Shown one piece after another: positions 11,796 through 24,557 of a stretch of 64,000 nucleotides of DNA. A model generated the notes under the pieces. It was not told the origin of the DNA. It made no database searches and was given only the letters and a program-made list of their open reading frames with translations. A program made the translations under genes and the position numbers. Positions within the stretch are counted from its first letter, which is position 1. Each line of letters starts with the position of its first letter. Origin of the DNA: Hemiscyllium ocellatum (lineage: Eukaryota); assembly GCF_020745735.1 (NCBI RefSeq), contig NC_083401.1:108807740-108871739 (forward strand). The letters run 5' to 3'.

Positions 11796-13253
11796 AAAGT
11801 CTGATATTGCCATCCTTCATTCACAACTAGCTATTTTCATGCTGAGATTTTTCAGTCATTTGCATTTTTTCCTTTTAAATTTCAATATTAAAGTATATAT
11901 TCAGATGCACCAGATACTGACCTAAGTTTATCAGTAGCCCAAAGTTCTTTACTAAATAAGAAAGTTACCAGAACAGAATTCATAAAAATTTTGATGGAAT
12001 ATTTTGTGTGTTATGTATTTATCATAATTATTGCCAAAACATTATTGGAAAAGTTTTTTTCCAGCATTTGAAATTGGATTCTCTTCTAAAATCTGAGACA
12101 AATCTGCATAGACTTCAGACTAATAGGAGAAAATGCCTACCTTCAGTTGTTTAAATCTCATTATAATTAGGTGAAATAAAGTTATCTTTTATTCTGTGAA
12201 GCTTTAGATGATTTTTTTTAAATTTTTGAACCATGGGATCAAAGGATTCTCTGTTGACTTTGTACGGCCTCCCTCCTGAGACCTCACTTCACTAAAGCTG
12301 AACCAAGGAATTAAATGATATTGACAAATCATTCAGACAAAAGCTCTGCTGAGAGAGGTGGATTTATTTAAACAGATTCAAAACCACAGAGCTACCATCA
12401 ATAATGCCTCAAAATGTTTCACAAAGTCTTACATAAACAATCCAGTCAAGTCAAATGCCTGTTGCTTCGACAAGGTCCATACTTGGTGACTTGTCATTTA
12501 CTTCCATCTGCACTTTTGATATCGTTTAGTCACCATTATTCACATTCCCTATTATGGATAGACCGGGCTGTTATGTTATTACAACATTACTGTCCTTTAA
12601 AGGTTCCCCTTAATACAAAGTGTCAATGAAAACAATTTTTTTTCATCCAAATTGTGTGCTAATAGCCTGCTTATAAGTTAACTTTTGTCTTCTGTAACCT
12701 GCTAGAGCCTGTGTGGAACAGAATGCTCAGAACTACTTTCCATTTCTTTGTTTACCATGTCTAGTTTTATAACTCGCAAATACCATCTTCAATGCTCAAG
12801 GCTGTTTTTAGCACTTAGTTGTCCATTTCTCCCACTTACTTAGAGCTATGCAGAATGGCTATCCTCTATAAGAGCATTGAAACATTGAGGCCCGGACTTG
12901 CACACAGTTGTGGATACTCTGTGATCCTTTTAAAAATGGCAGTCAAGACTTAGACTTAATTCTGGATACCTACCCTCATCCCTGCCACCCCCAACTTCTG
13001 GGTGTGCATAGGATGCAGATAGTAAAACACACCTTGCATTACTGACATGACTGGCTCCATTTTGGTGCATGCATCTTCAACCTCTCAAACCCTCCACTTC
13101 TTAAATGCAGTCAGGCCAGCTTTTCAAGGGCTTGATGTTCATGGTCCATTGGTGGAGTAGTCTGAACATGGGAAAATTTCAGAATATAACTTCATAAGGT
13201 CTTACTTGTACATCAACCCATATGCTAAGTCATGAATCTGTCTATCCTAAATT

Positions 13254-13564
13254 ATTAGATTAGATTACTTAGTGTGGAAACAGGCCCTTCGGCCCAACAA
13301 GTCCACACCGACCCGCCGAAGCGCAACCCACACATACCCCTACATATACCCCTTACCTAACACTACGGGCAATTTAGCATGGCCAATTCACCTGACCCGC
13401 ACATCTTTGGACAGTGGGAGGAAACCGGAGCACCCGGAGGAAACCCACGCAGACACGGGGAGAACGTGCAAACTCCACACAGTCAGTCACCTGAGGCGGG
13501 AATTGAACCCAGGTCCCTGGTGCTGTGAGGCAGCAGTGCTAACCACTGTGCCACCGTGCCACCC
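13254..13564 (-). mobile_element. HE1-type V-SINE
   Basis: Full-length copy colinear with 4249-4561. Followed by the minus-strand head of a second SINE (about 13570-13672). Confidence 0.92.
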
Positions 13565-14380
13565 ACAAAATTTCACCAAGTACCGTGGGGGATTTGAACC
13601 CGGGTCCCCAAATTACTTGGCCATCTGGATTAACAGTCCAATGATAATACCACTTGGCCATGGCCACCGCCCACAATGCCAACTCATATCTCCTACCCAA
13701 ACCCATGGCCTCTGATGATCTATGTCAACGTATAGACTTTCCATGCTCATTCACCCTCTATATATTCTGTACAGGAGCAATGACAAGAATGGTAAGTGCA
13801 AGCAGCAGATTTTACTTATCAAAATCTCTATTGGTTTTGCGAAGCGTGATGATCAAAGACTTGACCAAGTTACAACTTATGTTCTGAGTGTGTTCCTCAA
13901 GAACGTGATTGATATTTGACAATCCTAGCAATTAGATTGTGCCTGAATTGGAGTATAATCACAGGGCAAGATGATTTGAGCACCACAGCAAAATGATCCA
14001 CCAGCCTCATTTGTTTACCATTGGTCATGTGATTTGTCAGTTCAAGGGCAGTTTGCTTACCATGGTTGGGTGGGAGAGGCATGAGGGAATGGGACAAGTG
14101 GTGATCAATAGTGGTCTCCTCCCATAGCTAGCAGGCTAGAAAGGATAGAAGGTCTATGTTCTTGGCACTGCTCCTACAGATTCCTGCTGAAGCCACTTGC
14201 CACTGAATTTTTATTCTTTCCTGTTAGTGAGGTAGTGGAGCTACCCCATGTTGGGTAAGATACCGGTATTCAAACATTCAGATTAGCTGGATCCTAGGTT
14301 ACATATTTTTGGTGTGCAGTTTGAGCTTCATTCAAAATTCACCTGTTCTGTACTCACCCTTCCTTTTAAAACTGTGGCTT

Positions 14381-14688
14381 AGGTGGCACGGTGGCACAGT
14401 GGTTAGCACTGCTGCCTCACAGCGCCGGAGACCCGGGTTCAATTCTCACCTCAGACAATTGACTGTGTGGAGTTTACATATTCCCCCGTGTCTGCGTGGG
14501 TTTCCTCTGGGTGGCTCCGAATTCTTCCCACAGTCCAAATAAAAATGTGCAGGTTAGCTGAATTGGTCATGCTAAATTGCCCGTAGTGTTAGGTGAAGGG
14601 GTAAATGTAAGGGGCTGGGTTGTGCTTCGGTGGGTTGGTGTGGACTTGTTGGGATGAAGAGCCTGTTTCCACACTGTAATTTATCTAG
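14381..14688 (+). mobile_element. HE1-type V-SINE
   Basis: Colinear with 1487-1791 but more diverged. Confidence 0.9.
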
Positions 14689-14885
14689 ACTGCCTGCTCC
14701 AACGGCTTTTTCTTATACAGTAGTGAAAAGGTAGCTCTATACCACTCAAGTTTCAGATAGTGTTCCTCGGGTACAAAGAAGTCATGGTTTACATGAAGCT
14801 CCAGAGAGTGTCATTCAGGTCGTCACATTGCATGCATATTATCTTACTTTCCTTTCCCCTTCTCTCCCCCCTCACCCACCAACAG

Positions 14886-15033
14886 GGTACAGAAATGTTC
14901 AAAGATGAATCAGATGAATACACAAAGCTTGTCTCAGGTGTTTTCACCCTACTTATTCCAAACAGAAGGTCAAACCAAACAAGAAGTTAATGTCGTAGAG
15001 GATCTGATCAATTTGTATGTTCAACTTTTTGGT
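14886..15033 (+). CDS. ARAP2: ARAP2 coding exon (RhoGAP C-terminus): VQKCSKMNQMNTQSLSQVFSPYLFQTEGQTKQEVNVVEDLINLYVQLFG
   Basis: Pyrimidine tract plus aacag acceptor, donor gtaagt, 148 nt, phase 2 to 0. Resembles recalled ARAP2 VQKCSEINHMNAHNLALVFSSCLFQTKGQTSEEVNVIEDLINNYVEIF. Confidence 0.93.
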
Positions 15034-15739
15034 GTAAGTATATGTTTTTGGGAATAGATTGATCATGCATTCTTCACACATTGCACTTCTTTAAATCAAG
15101 CAATTAATAATTTCTATTGATTTTTCTAAAAATAAAACATGCATTTACAAAAGATGATATTGGACACATTTTATGTGCTGACTACAAAACTATAAATCAG
15201 AGACTTTTGCTCTCTTTACTCAGATTTAGTCATGACCTCATCTGACCATTAAAATGTATTTTTAAAAGTTTTCATTTTTGGTATAATTTATGTCAGCAAA
15301 GTAAGTATTCTGTCATATGTGGCCTGCTGGCCTTGCAGAATTGTGTACAAAGAGAAAAATATGAAAGACCACAACTAACAGATAAGAGCAGACGATGCAT
15401 TTGCATTTTATTGATGGAAATTTCCTTCCTTTGAAACTGAGAGTCAGAATATTAAGGATACATTAGCCATATGAATTCTTACTTATTTTCCCCTAAACTT
15501 CACTAAGTTTGCAAGTTCTGTTAAAAGTCTGAAAGAATACCAGTACAACATCAACTTGTTTTTATATAACAGCTCCAATGTAGAAAATATTCTCGAAGTG
15601 CTTCACAGAATAGAAAAAAAGGTGACCCCAAGTCAAAGAAGGGCAATTTGGGAGAGGTGACCTAACAGCTCGGTCAAACAAGTTGGTTTTGAGAAGCATC
15701 AACAGATATGAAGAAAGACGGTCAATAGCATTCCCATCA

Positions 15740-16400
15740 CTGGGGCCTTCACTATCAAAGTTCTGGGGTAACCCTTGACCGGAAACGGAGCTAGATTAGC
15801 CAAATAAATACTGTGGCTATATGAGCAGATCAGAAATTGAAAGTTCTGCAGCAAGTAACTCACCTCCTGACTCCCTAAAGCCTGTATACCATCTACAAGG
15901 CACAAGTGAGGAATATGATGGAGTACTCCTCACTTGCCTGGATAAGTGCAGCTCCGACAACAGTAAAGCTTCTAAACTTCATTCAGGACAAAGCAGTCCA
16001 CTTGACTGACACCACATCCACTCCGTCCAACCCTGATGCTAAGTACAAGCAGTGTGTACTATGGACCAGAAACACCAGAATTCACCAAGCCTCTTTAGTC
16101 AGCAGCTTCCAAACTCTCATTCACTACCATCTAGAAGGACAAGGGCAGCAGATGCGTGGCAATACCACGACCTGCAAGTTCCCCTCTAAGTCACTCACTA
16201 TCTTGATATGGAAACGCAGTGCTGTTTCTTCAGTGTTGCTAGGTCAAGATCCAAGAAAACTCCTTTAACAGTATTGTAGCTGAACCTACACCAAATAGCC
16301 TGTAGATGTTCATGAAGGTAGCTTCCCATCATCTTCTCAAGGCATCGAAAAATGCTGGCCCAGCCAGTGACACCGATATTCCGTGAATGAATAAAAACAA
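15740..16400 (+). mobile_element. CR1/L2-clade LINE family B, 3' fragment
   Basis: IYKAQVRNMMEYSSLAW, a non-LTR RT C-terminal motif. Tail aatgctggcccagccagtgac...gaatgaataaaaa. Confidence 0.8.
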
Positions 16401-16689
16401 AAAAAAAGAATCAGTCTTAGTTTGTCAGTTGTGAGACAAGTGCTGAAATATTTAATACTAAGGATGCTGAAATGGAAAAAAATCCAAAATGCTGAAGATG
16501 TTCAGTTCAGGCATCATCTGTGAAGAAATAACCAATTATGGTTTCAGGTTAGTGACTTGTTCTGAAAAACATTTTCCATGCTTCATTGCCCTCTGTTTAA
16601 AATAAATGGCTCCTAACATCTTTTAATCCCAGTTGGCGATAACTGAAAGATTAAAAAAAAGTAAATAACTCTGAGGTTGTATAGAGTCT

Positions 16690-16970
16690 TCTTAAAACTC
16701 ATGAGAAGTGTCAAATTCAGTTTTGGCACTGAATCTCAAAAAAGAGATATTGACCTTGGAAAAGGTACAGTGCAGATTACTCAGAATTATATGAAGCCTC
16801 AAAGGGTTTAATTATGAAGAGAGATTACATTAACTAGGTTTATTTGTGTAAGCGTTTAGAGGAATCTGAAGCAATGCAGATAAATGTAATGGCCATACAG
16901 ATCTCTGAGTAAGCTGGATACAGAATAGACTCAAGGAACTAAATGGTCTACACCTGATCCTATGAAATTT
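16690..16970 (+). mobile_element. Decayed CR1 3' fragment
   Basis: ttggaaaaggtacagtgcagatt... and tatgaagagagatt (LEKVQ / YEERL); CR1-type 3' end. Confidence 0.55.
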
Positions 16971-17269
16971 TCTCATTGGCTTAGAGACTCTGGTGGGATC
17001 AAGTAGGGGAATCCCAAACATACAAACAGAAGCAATCTACCAGGAGGGGTTCTCCTTATTGTTGCCTCAGAGATCTCCTGTGATACATCAGGCCCAATCA
17101 CATGGGACCTCTCTTGCACGGGGTTATAGGGTGAATTCCTTACTCCTGTTCGATGGCCCACCAACTCCAATCACCCCCTGGACTTGCACATCATGCTGGC
17201 TGCTCTGCTACCAGTAACGTGCCATGAAAGCTATAAAAGTAACTCCTAATTTGAGTTTCAATCGCATTA

Positions 17270-17510
17270 ACCAAAACAGTAATTGCTGGTAAAACTCTGG
17301 TCTGGCAGAATCTGTGGAAAGAAAGCAGAGTTAATGTTTCAATTCCAATGACATCATCAGAACTGATAGCAATCAGGAATAAGTGGTATTAATGATGAAG
17401 ACAAAGGAGGAGGGGAATAATGGAGGAGGGGGATGGTGGGAGTGGGGGATGGTGGAGGAGGGGAATGGTGGAGGAGGGGAATGGTGAGCAGATACTTGGA
17501 GATGGACTTT
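17270..17510 (-). mobile_element. Penelope family C end (single arm) with hammerhead-like motif and purine-rich body
   Basis: Minus strand of 17329-17364 reads AGTT CTGATGA tgtcattggaatt GAA ACAT T AACT. A (ggaggggrrtggt)n tract lies at 17405-17485. Confidence 0.65.
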
Positions 17511-17652
17511 GACCAAGTTAAATATTTGGGGTACACAGTGGATATTAGATACCTGAATCTATCGTCATCTGAATAAAGAAGCTGGGCAGAGAAAACAATG
17601 TTTATTAAAGATATATGTGTCTGTATTTACATTTATGTATTATTGTATGTGC

Positions 17653-17808
17653 NNNNNNNNNNNNNNNNNNNNNNNNNNNNNNNNNNNNNNNNNNNNNNNN
17701 NNNNNNNNNNNNNNNNNNNNNNNNNNNNNNNNNNNNNNNNNNNNNNNNNNNNNNNNNNNNNNNNNNNNNNNNNNNNNNNNNNNNNNNNNNNNNNNNNNNN
17801 NNNNNNNN
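17653..17808. other. Assembly gap (156 N)
   Basis: Run of N. Confidence 1.
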
Positions 17809-18716
17809 TGAGGTGGTCATCTAAGATAGCATGCGAGGTATCCTCACAAATTGAAACAATTACAACTGAGTTGAACTGATGGTGTAATGCAAAATACACA
17901 GCAGTCACTCACCAAAGTGAATCTGCTAAGGAGAGCTTGAGCCTGGGCTGTGCTTCCATGGCAGTCAAAGGAAATGCTACAAGGACACCAAAGTCTTCAC
18001 TTCGGAGTTTTGATACAGCTGTGTTTCCTGGGCGATGCTGGATCACTGTATCTGGCGTAACCAAGTTAGAAAAATGTATTGGCCTTCTTTGAAAGCAAGT
18101 GCATTTCAGGGGCAGAGAGAAAATGAAAGGAGATGGAATCCTGAGCCAGCAGCAAACTCAAAACTCAGTTTTCAAAAGGTATCTATTAGCTGAATCACCG
18201 AGACAGGCCTTGGCCTTGGCAGTCACCTACTGGAAGCCTACAAAATACCCCAGATGTTGGCTTAAAGAGCACAGAAAAAGTATATAAATAAATATCAAAC
18301 TCAGTAACTGATATAAAAAAACAAGCAAAGTTGGAAAAACCGTCAAGAAAATGGTACTTAATGGATTCTGACAAGAATTTTCCCATCAATTTTTTCATTC
18401 TCACTTATATTTTCTATTTGGTTCTCCTGGAAAACCTTAGTAAGTCAATAATCAGAAGTCCTCTTACACTCCAGATGAACTGCAAAAATCAATTTTTAAT
18501 TTAGAAAAAACCTGTAAAAACATAAAGAACAGGTAACTGAGAATCAGGGACGAGGAGACTACTGTCAGATTTACTGAGTAAATATAGGATAGCTATTCCC
18601 AATTCACATATTTATCATGTATTGAATGGTGTGGTGAATGTTTTTTTTTGCCACGTACAGCTACTTAACTCCAATTTTCTTTTAATTCTTGATAAGTATT
18701 TTTGTGTTTGAAATAG

Positions 18717-18785
18717 GTTAATGAAGACCAAGTGAAACAGATGGAGATAGAAAACAGCTTCATAACAACGTGGAAAGACACACAG
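18717..18785 (+). CDS. ARAP2: ARAP2 coding exon: VNEDQVKQMEIENSFITTWKDTQ
   Basis: Acceptor tttgaaatag, donor CAG|gtttgg, 69 nt, phase 0-0. Nearly identical to recalled ARAP2 VKEDQVKQMDIENSFITKWKDTQ, which distinguishes ARAP2 from ARAP1 and ARAP3. Confidence 0.93.
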
Positions 18786-20639
18786 GTTTGGGATTTACAA
18801 CATTTAACTCTTTATGTATGTTTGATACATTTGTAATTTTGTCTGTCAGTTGTATTTTGTTTAGTGAATTACTCATTTTTATAACTAATATTTAAAGTGA
18901 TGCAGTTAATTTTATAGATTGTAGTGTGGTGCGTTAAATATATATTTGTATACACAGACGTCTACCTGTATGTATGACTGATTTGTGATCCACTGCTCAT
19001 TAATTAGGTAATCCAAATTGCTGTGTTACACACAGTATGAGATATGGTTAATGTTTTAGTGCAGTTGTGATTTTCTTGACAGGGTGCCTATGGCCAAAAA
19101 TGAACTGATATTTAGTTTACTGATCCAAAACGAGTTGGACCATTGTATCTTAGCATATTCATGCAAGGCTTGCATTTGTAAGCATTCTCTTAGACTGCAT
19201 TTGGAATGGCTCTTTCTTATATCTGTCCTTTTGTAAGCCCAGTTCTCAGTTGATGCTTTCCTGTTCGCATTAATATTATTTCTCATGTTAAATCAAACTT
19301 AGAGAAAACAGGACTGTAAGCTCTGTTCATACAGTCTACTCTAGCTGAGCAGGAGTTTTGTGATTTTTAAAAAGTCACTCACCTCCTGCCTCTTCTATAC
19401 TTCTCTATAATCTACAAGAGATAGAGATGTGTGATAGAATACTCATTAATCAATGTCACCTAGGATAAAACTGTCAACATGATTCACATCCCTATCACAG
19501 AACCTGGCATATTCCCTGGTGACCTCTATGTGTACTAACTATACTTTGCCCACAGCGATTAACCAAGCTTGCTTTGACATCCCAGGTTAGACAGCTCTAC
19601 AGCATCTACCACAGAGAAGAACAACATTAAAAATGTTATGGGAATATCCTAATCTCCTGTGCAGGTTACACATCACACAGGCTGGACTTCCTTTGTCTTT
19701 GCCAGGTCACAATCCCTGGATTTTCCTATCATGATAATCTCATCACCACAAAGCCTGCAAAGGTTCCTTACTGCCATTATGGGATAATAAAGGATGGATG
19801 ACAGGGGTTAAAATTATTTATTTTCGAGAACTCTTTGTCAGATGTTCTTGGGGGCGACTGAAAATGCCAACTTGTCGGCAGGCAGGAGACTATTGTCATC
19901 AATAATTAGTCCACAAACCTGCTGCAAATCAACCTGTTGTTGACCAGAATTCCACTTGTACACACCCCTTGGCTGTAGCTCATTTGTAACTAGACTTCCT
20001 CCACTGCCTGAGCAAATAGCTGTGTAAATAACACTTACAATGAGTGTCAGCTCAACTGCTTTAAACCCATGCAGCAATCTTTCAACCATCTTTCACATTT
20101 GAAGCAGTCCTGTTGGTATTTCATTCCACAATTAAAATTACTGAAAATGAAGAAGATACCGTATTTAAAGAACACTTATTTTCTGGAGCTCCTTTTTCTA
20201 TCTCTCTAACTCCTTTATTAAATGTTGCAGTTATGTACTATCAGATCTTCTATAGTTGTGTTTTCTTTGAGGCGGGGGGGGGAATTGTTTTCATCTTTAG
20301 GTGGATAAGATAGTATTAAAAGCAAAGATTGAACATCAATAAATTATTTTTGTTATTTATTATAAATATAGTTCTGATCATCTTTCTCTAAGTTTTCACC
20401 AAAATAAGTAGTTAAATTCATATCTGAGGTAAAAATACCACAATCTGAATAATAAGTTTTTAGGAATTAGTATTTCTATAACTAGAAAAAATGTAATTTG
20501 CAAATAGCTTCTCGAAAACCTTCCTAAAATTTAAATGCAGACTGCAGATTGCCACCGAGGGGAATAATTTGCAGACTGCTTTGTATTCATTCATAACAAA
20601 TAACTTCATTACCTCCCTTTTACAGAAACCTCCTGAGTG

Positions 20640-21305
20640 TCCACTCTGCTTGTTTATTGTTAGGATCAAAAATAAACTCCAATAAACTTGGTCAGTGATT
20701 GATAAAGTTGCAAATACACAAACATTGTGATCCTTACCTTCCGTCTCATCCCTGGATTATTTGATATTTGGGACTGGCATTCTGCTCTCCTTCCTTGGTC
20801 AATGTTTGGACACTGCTCCCTGACACTCCTTTTACTGACATTCGAGCTGTGCTCTCCCCACCATTTGGCCAACATTCAGACCCAGCCTGAACTAAATAGC
20901 TGCTGCTCCAGCCTAGTAAAATTCTGCTGCAAATGACCCTGGACCAGCCAGAGTAACTCCTTAAGGTCTTCCCTCCTCTGTAAAATAAATTGTTTCACAT
21001 GCAGTTCTAACAGCAGGAAGAGAACCTCAGCTTTTAGCTATAACAAAGAGAGAAATAAGAGCTTCCACATCCAGCTTCAAGACCCCAGCAACTACAGAAA
21101 GCTAAAGCTAAAACTCCTGGTTCTGTGGGAGCTTGATCCTTCCCATTCATGTTGCTTCAATTCTTCCACCTTTTAAAGAGAAAACCAAGGCCTCACCAGC
21201 TGTTTATTTTAATGGCTTTGCACAGACCACAGGAGACCTCTGTCTCAACCTTTCTTCATTAAAAAAAGGACAAAATATACCTGCTAAAGGCATAGTATTG
21301 TCACT
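20640..21305 (-). mobile_element. Possible LTR-like repeat
   Basis: Composition is distinct from the flanks and resembles, from memory only, an elasmobranch LTR-type repeat. No TSD or second copy found. Confidence 0.25.
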
Positions 21306-22174
21306 GTTACCCATATCTCAAGAACAAAATTAGTTTGAAAATAAAACAATAATTTTGGAAGAATTCATTGCTTGCATTTGCAATTAACTGATTGCTTTGA
21401 GATGAAAGGGTTTGCATGTAACTCATTTTTATATGTTACAAATTTTAATCAGTCTGAAAAATGCACATTTTAATAGCTCATAACAAAGCCATTCCCAACT
21501 TCCCTACTAATTGTTAATTTTTAATGTATTTCATTAGAATAAGAATCTTTTATGATTGTGATGCGTTAGAAAATAATAGTGTTAACCACACAGCTACATT
21601 CTGTCAGTATCATTAACATCAACATGATAAAATATCTGTAGTGTGGAATTTGAATACAGTGTTCATTTGCACTATGGACACTTTGTGCACTCAGGAGAAG
21701 GCCAAACACTACTTCTTATTGAAATGCTTACATTTTCTGGACAAATTCATTGAATTCTTTCTCTTAGTAGTTGCTAGCATTTATAGTCTTATATTGCCAT
21801 TACAGGGTTATTATTAAATAAGCAACAATACTTGTTGCTGATGTGGAAAAGGGGCCCAATGGCCTTTGTATTCAAAATATTCAAGTTCATGCTGGAAATA
21901 AATATATTAGGATAATATAGCCTTTTACGTTAACCCACAAGAAAGAGGAAATTGGCAATTGAATCATGGCTCTGGGAGCCTGCTCCCTTCCCTGAGAACT
22001 AAATGTATGGTATAGCAGGGGAAATTTATACATTTGTTGATATCAGATTCACAAAACCACTTCATTACTGTCAACTCAATATTAATACGCTATGGTTTTC
22101 AATAGCCACAACCTTCAACCATACTGCTTGAAATATTGTTTTGTATATATTGCTTTCTCTAATGGCTCATAGGC

Positions 22175-22710
22175 TTACCTGGAGTAAGCATACAGTTTTA
22201 GCCCCCTTACTTAAGGAGGGATGTGTTTGCATTGGAGACAGTTCAGAGAAGATTCACAAGATTGATTCCAGAAATGAGGGTTTGTCTTATGAAGAGAGAT
22301 TGAGCAGTTTCAGCCTATACTCTCCAGACCTGAGAAGAACAAGAGGTCGAGGTATACAAGATGCTCGTGAGGATTGACAAAGTAAACGTGATGTTCCCCC
22401 TTGGAGGACATCCAAAATAAGAGAACATAGTTTTGGATAATGATATGAAGATTTAAAACAGATGAGAAGAAATCACTTTTCTCAAAAAGCTCACAAATCC
22501 GTGGCATTCACAACCCTAGAATACGGTGAATTACAGGACGTTGAGAAAATTTAAGGAGGAGACTGATTTTTAATTAGTGATGATGTGAGGGGGTATGGGG
22601 ATTGGGCAGGAAAATGAGTTGAGACCAAGATGAGATCAGCCATGATAATTTTGAATAGTGGAGCTGTCTCGAGGCAATAAATTGCTGACTCCTGCTGTTA
22701 GTTCTTAAGT
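22175..22710 (+). mobile_element. Old CR1 LINE 3' fragment
   Basis: LETVQRRFTRLIPE..GLSYEERLSSFSLYS; CR1 3' UTR gatcagccatgat. Confidence 0.8.
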
Positions 22711-22888
22711 TTATGGTTTCCAGAAAAATACCACATCACTTTACTTTTGCTGAAACAATATTCAAAATAAATGTAACTTGAAAAAATATTGGTGGTTAAA
22801 GATTCTAAAACTATTTTTAAAAAATTGTCAGTAAAAGTATTAGTTGATGCTGAGAGATAATGAAATGTCTGGAAACTGTTTCCTTTAG

Positions 22889-22963
22889 GTTGCACAAGCT
22901 GGGGATCTGATCATTGAAGTCTACCTGGGGAAAAAGGAACCGGATTGTTGCTGCATAATTAGG
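22889..22963 (+). CDS. ARAP2: ARAP2 coding exon (start of RA domain): VAQAGDLIIEVYLGKKEPDCCCIIR
   Basis: Acceptor tttcctttag, donor AGG|gtaggt, 75 nt, phase 0-0. Contains the ARAP motif AGDLIIEVY. Confidence 0.93.
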
Positions 22964-24439
22964 GTAGGTGTTTGGTTATAATATGAAATCTTCTGTACAG
23001 CCGGTAGAATATTATATCTCTTGGTCTCTTGACTTTCAAATGTACCTTTGCTTAATTGGAGTTAATTAATGTAAACTTCAAAGCACAGAATATTCATGCA
23101 AACACAGTTGATGCAAAACTGTTTGTGCTGTTTTGATACCAGAAAAAAAACCTTCCAAGATGAATGGAGCTTATTAAAGTTAAGGAGATTGTGTATTCAT
23201 CGCATCAACAGCTGGTTGCTCAAACTTCCTCCATAATTAGGGAGACAGAGAATGGTGACTCAGCCCTGCATCTCACATCATTCCTGCTGACTATAATGCC
23301 GATAGTATGCAATTCATTGAAACATTTACGTCAAGAAACTTTGCAGTCATGCCAAGTAAATAGCATCAAAAATGTTGCTAATCATTGTTGCATTGTGATC
23401 AGTAGAAGAATGTCAGCTAGGAGCAAAGAAATTCTAAATTTATTGCATAAGTAAAGATGTTCTCACATTTTGTAAATTAATCAAGTTTTCCATTAGAAAC
23501 TAAAAAAAAAGAACTCCCAAGGTAAACATTCTGCTGGCAAAGCTAGTGCCTACCGCCACTCTCTGGTTACCCTTGTCCGCCTTGAAGTACTGAAGACCAA
23601 TTTGATACATTGATTACCAAGGTTACTTCAGAGGAGTATTCTGAGCAAGCCACCTTGCTGTGGCATTGGACGTATAGATAGACAAGGCATAAAGAGACAG
23701 GCTTCCTTCAAAAGAAACGTGTATGAACCATGAGCTTTCAATTACACTTCAGATGCTCATGGTCACTCCTCGCAATAGTACAATTCTCAGCATCAATGTA
23801 CTCATTAATAACAGATACGGTGAACCCTTTTGGGATTATAGAACATTTTGTTGGATGTGTGTGAGTTATTGATATCATTCTATTTGTAGTGAGGAACTGT
23901 GTAGTACTGTTTGCTCATATAAATAATTTGGTCCATTATGATTTACATAGTAGTGTTACAAATCTGTGCAGCCATGGACCTGTCACAGATGTTTCAGAGT
24001 ACAATAAGCTATTTTGAGAAAAAAACATTGTTGTTGCACAGGCAAGTGCAGCAACCATTTTGTAATCTAACAACATGGATGAGATCGCAGAGCAGCAAAT
24101 GTTTTTTTAACAGTGTTGCTTGACAGAGAAATGCTTGCCATCTGACTGGGGAACTACTCCAAAAACACCATGAGATTCTTAGCATTGCTACATGTCAATA
24201 AAGGAAACTGTTTTACACCCTAAACTAAATGAAAGAACAAAAGTGGTGTGCATGTGATTTAAGAGAAAACCATAGCAAATGAGATCAGATTTGCCTTTTA
24301 AATTGAAACTACTTTGGAAGTTCATGCTGACAACATATTTTGGATATTGCATTTTTAACAGACTTAATAATATTTTTCAGTGTGAGCAGATTTTAATTTC
24401 ACTTGAAACTAAGGCTTTTTCTAACATCATGGATCACAG

Positions 24440-24557
24440 GTGTCTCCGACCATGACAGCAGAAGAATTAACTTATATAGTTCTGGAAATGAAGAACATTG
24501 TCACTGATGAGAAGATTCTCTGGACAACGTTTGAAGTTATAGAGAATGGAGAACTTG
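24440..24557 (+). CDS. ARAP2: ARAP2 coding exon (RA domain): VSPTMTAEELTYIVLEMKNIVTDEKILWTTFEVIENGEL
   Basis: Acceptor atcacag, donor G|gtaaga, 118 nt, phase 0 to 1. Contains the ARAP RA motifs SPxMxAEELT and WxTFEVIENxEL. Confidence 0.93.

Noticed and set aside
13272-13715. Recurrent MWKQALRPNKSTPT... ORFs (also 1480, 4275, 44723)
   Set aside because: These are antisense translations of HE1 SINE copies, not a gene family.
17598-17908. ORFs spanning the N run
   Set aside because: Artefacts of the assembly gap.
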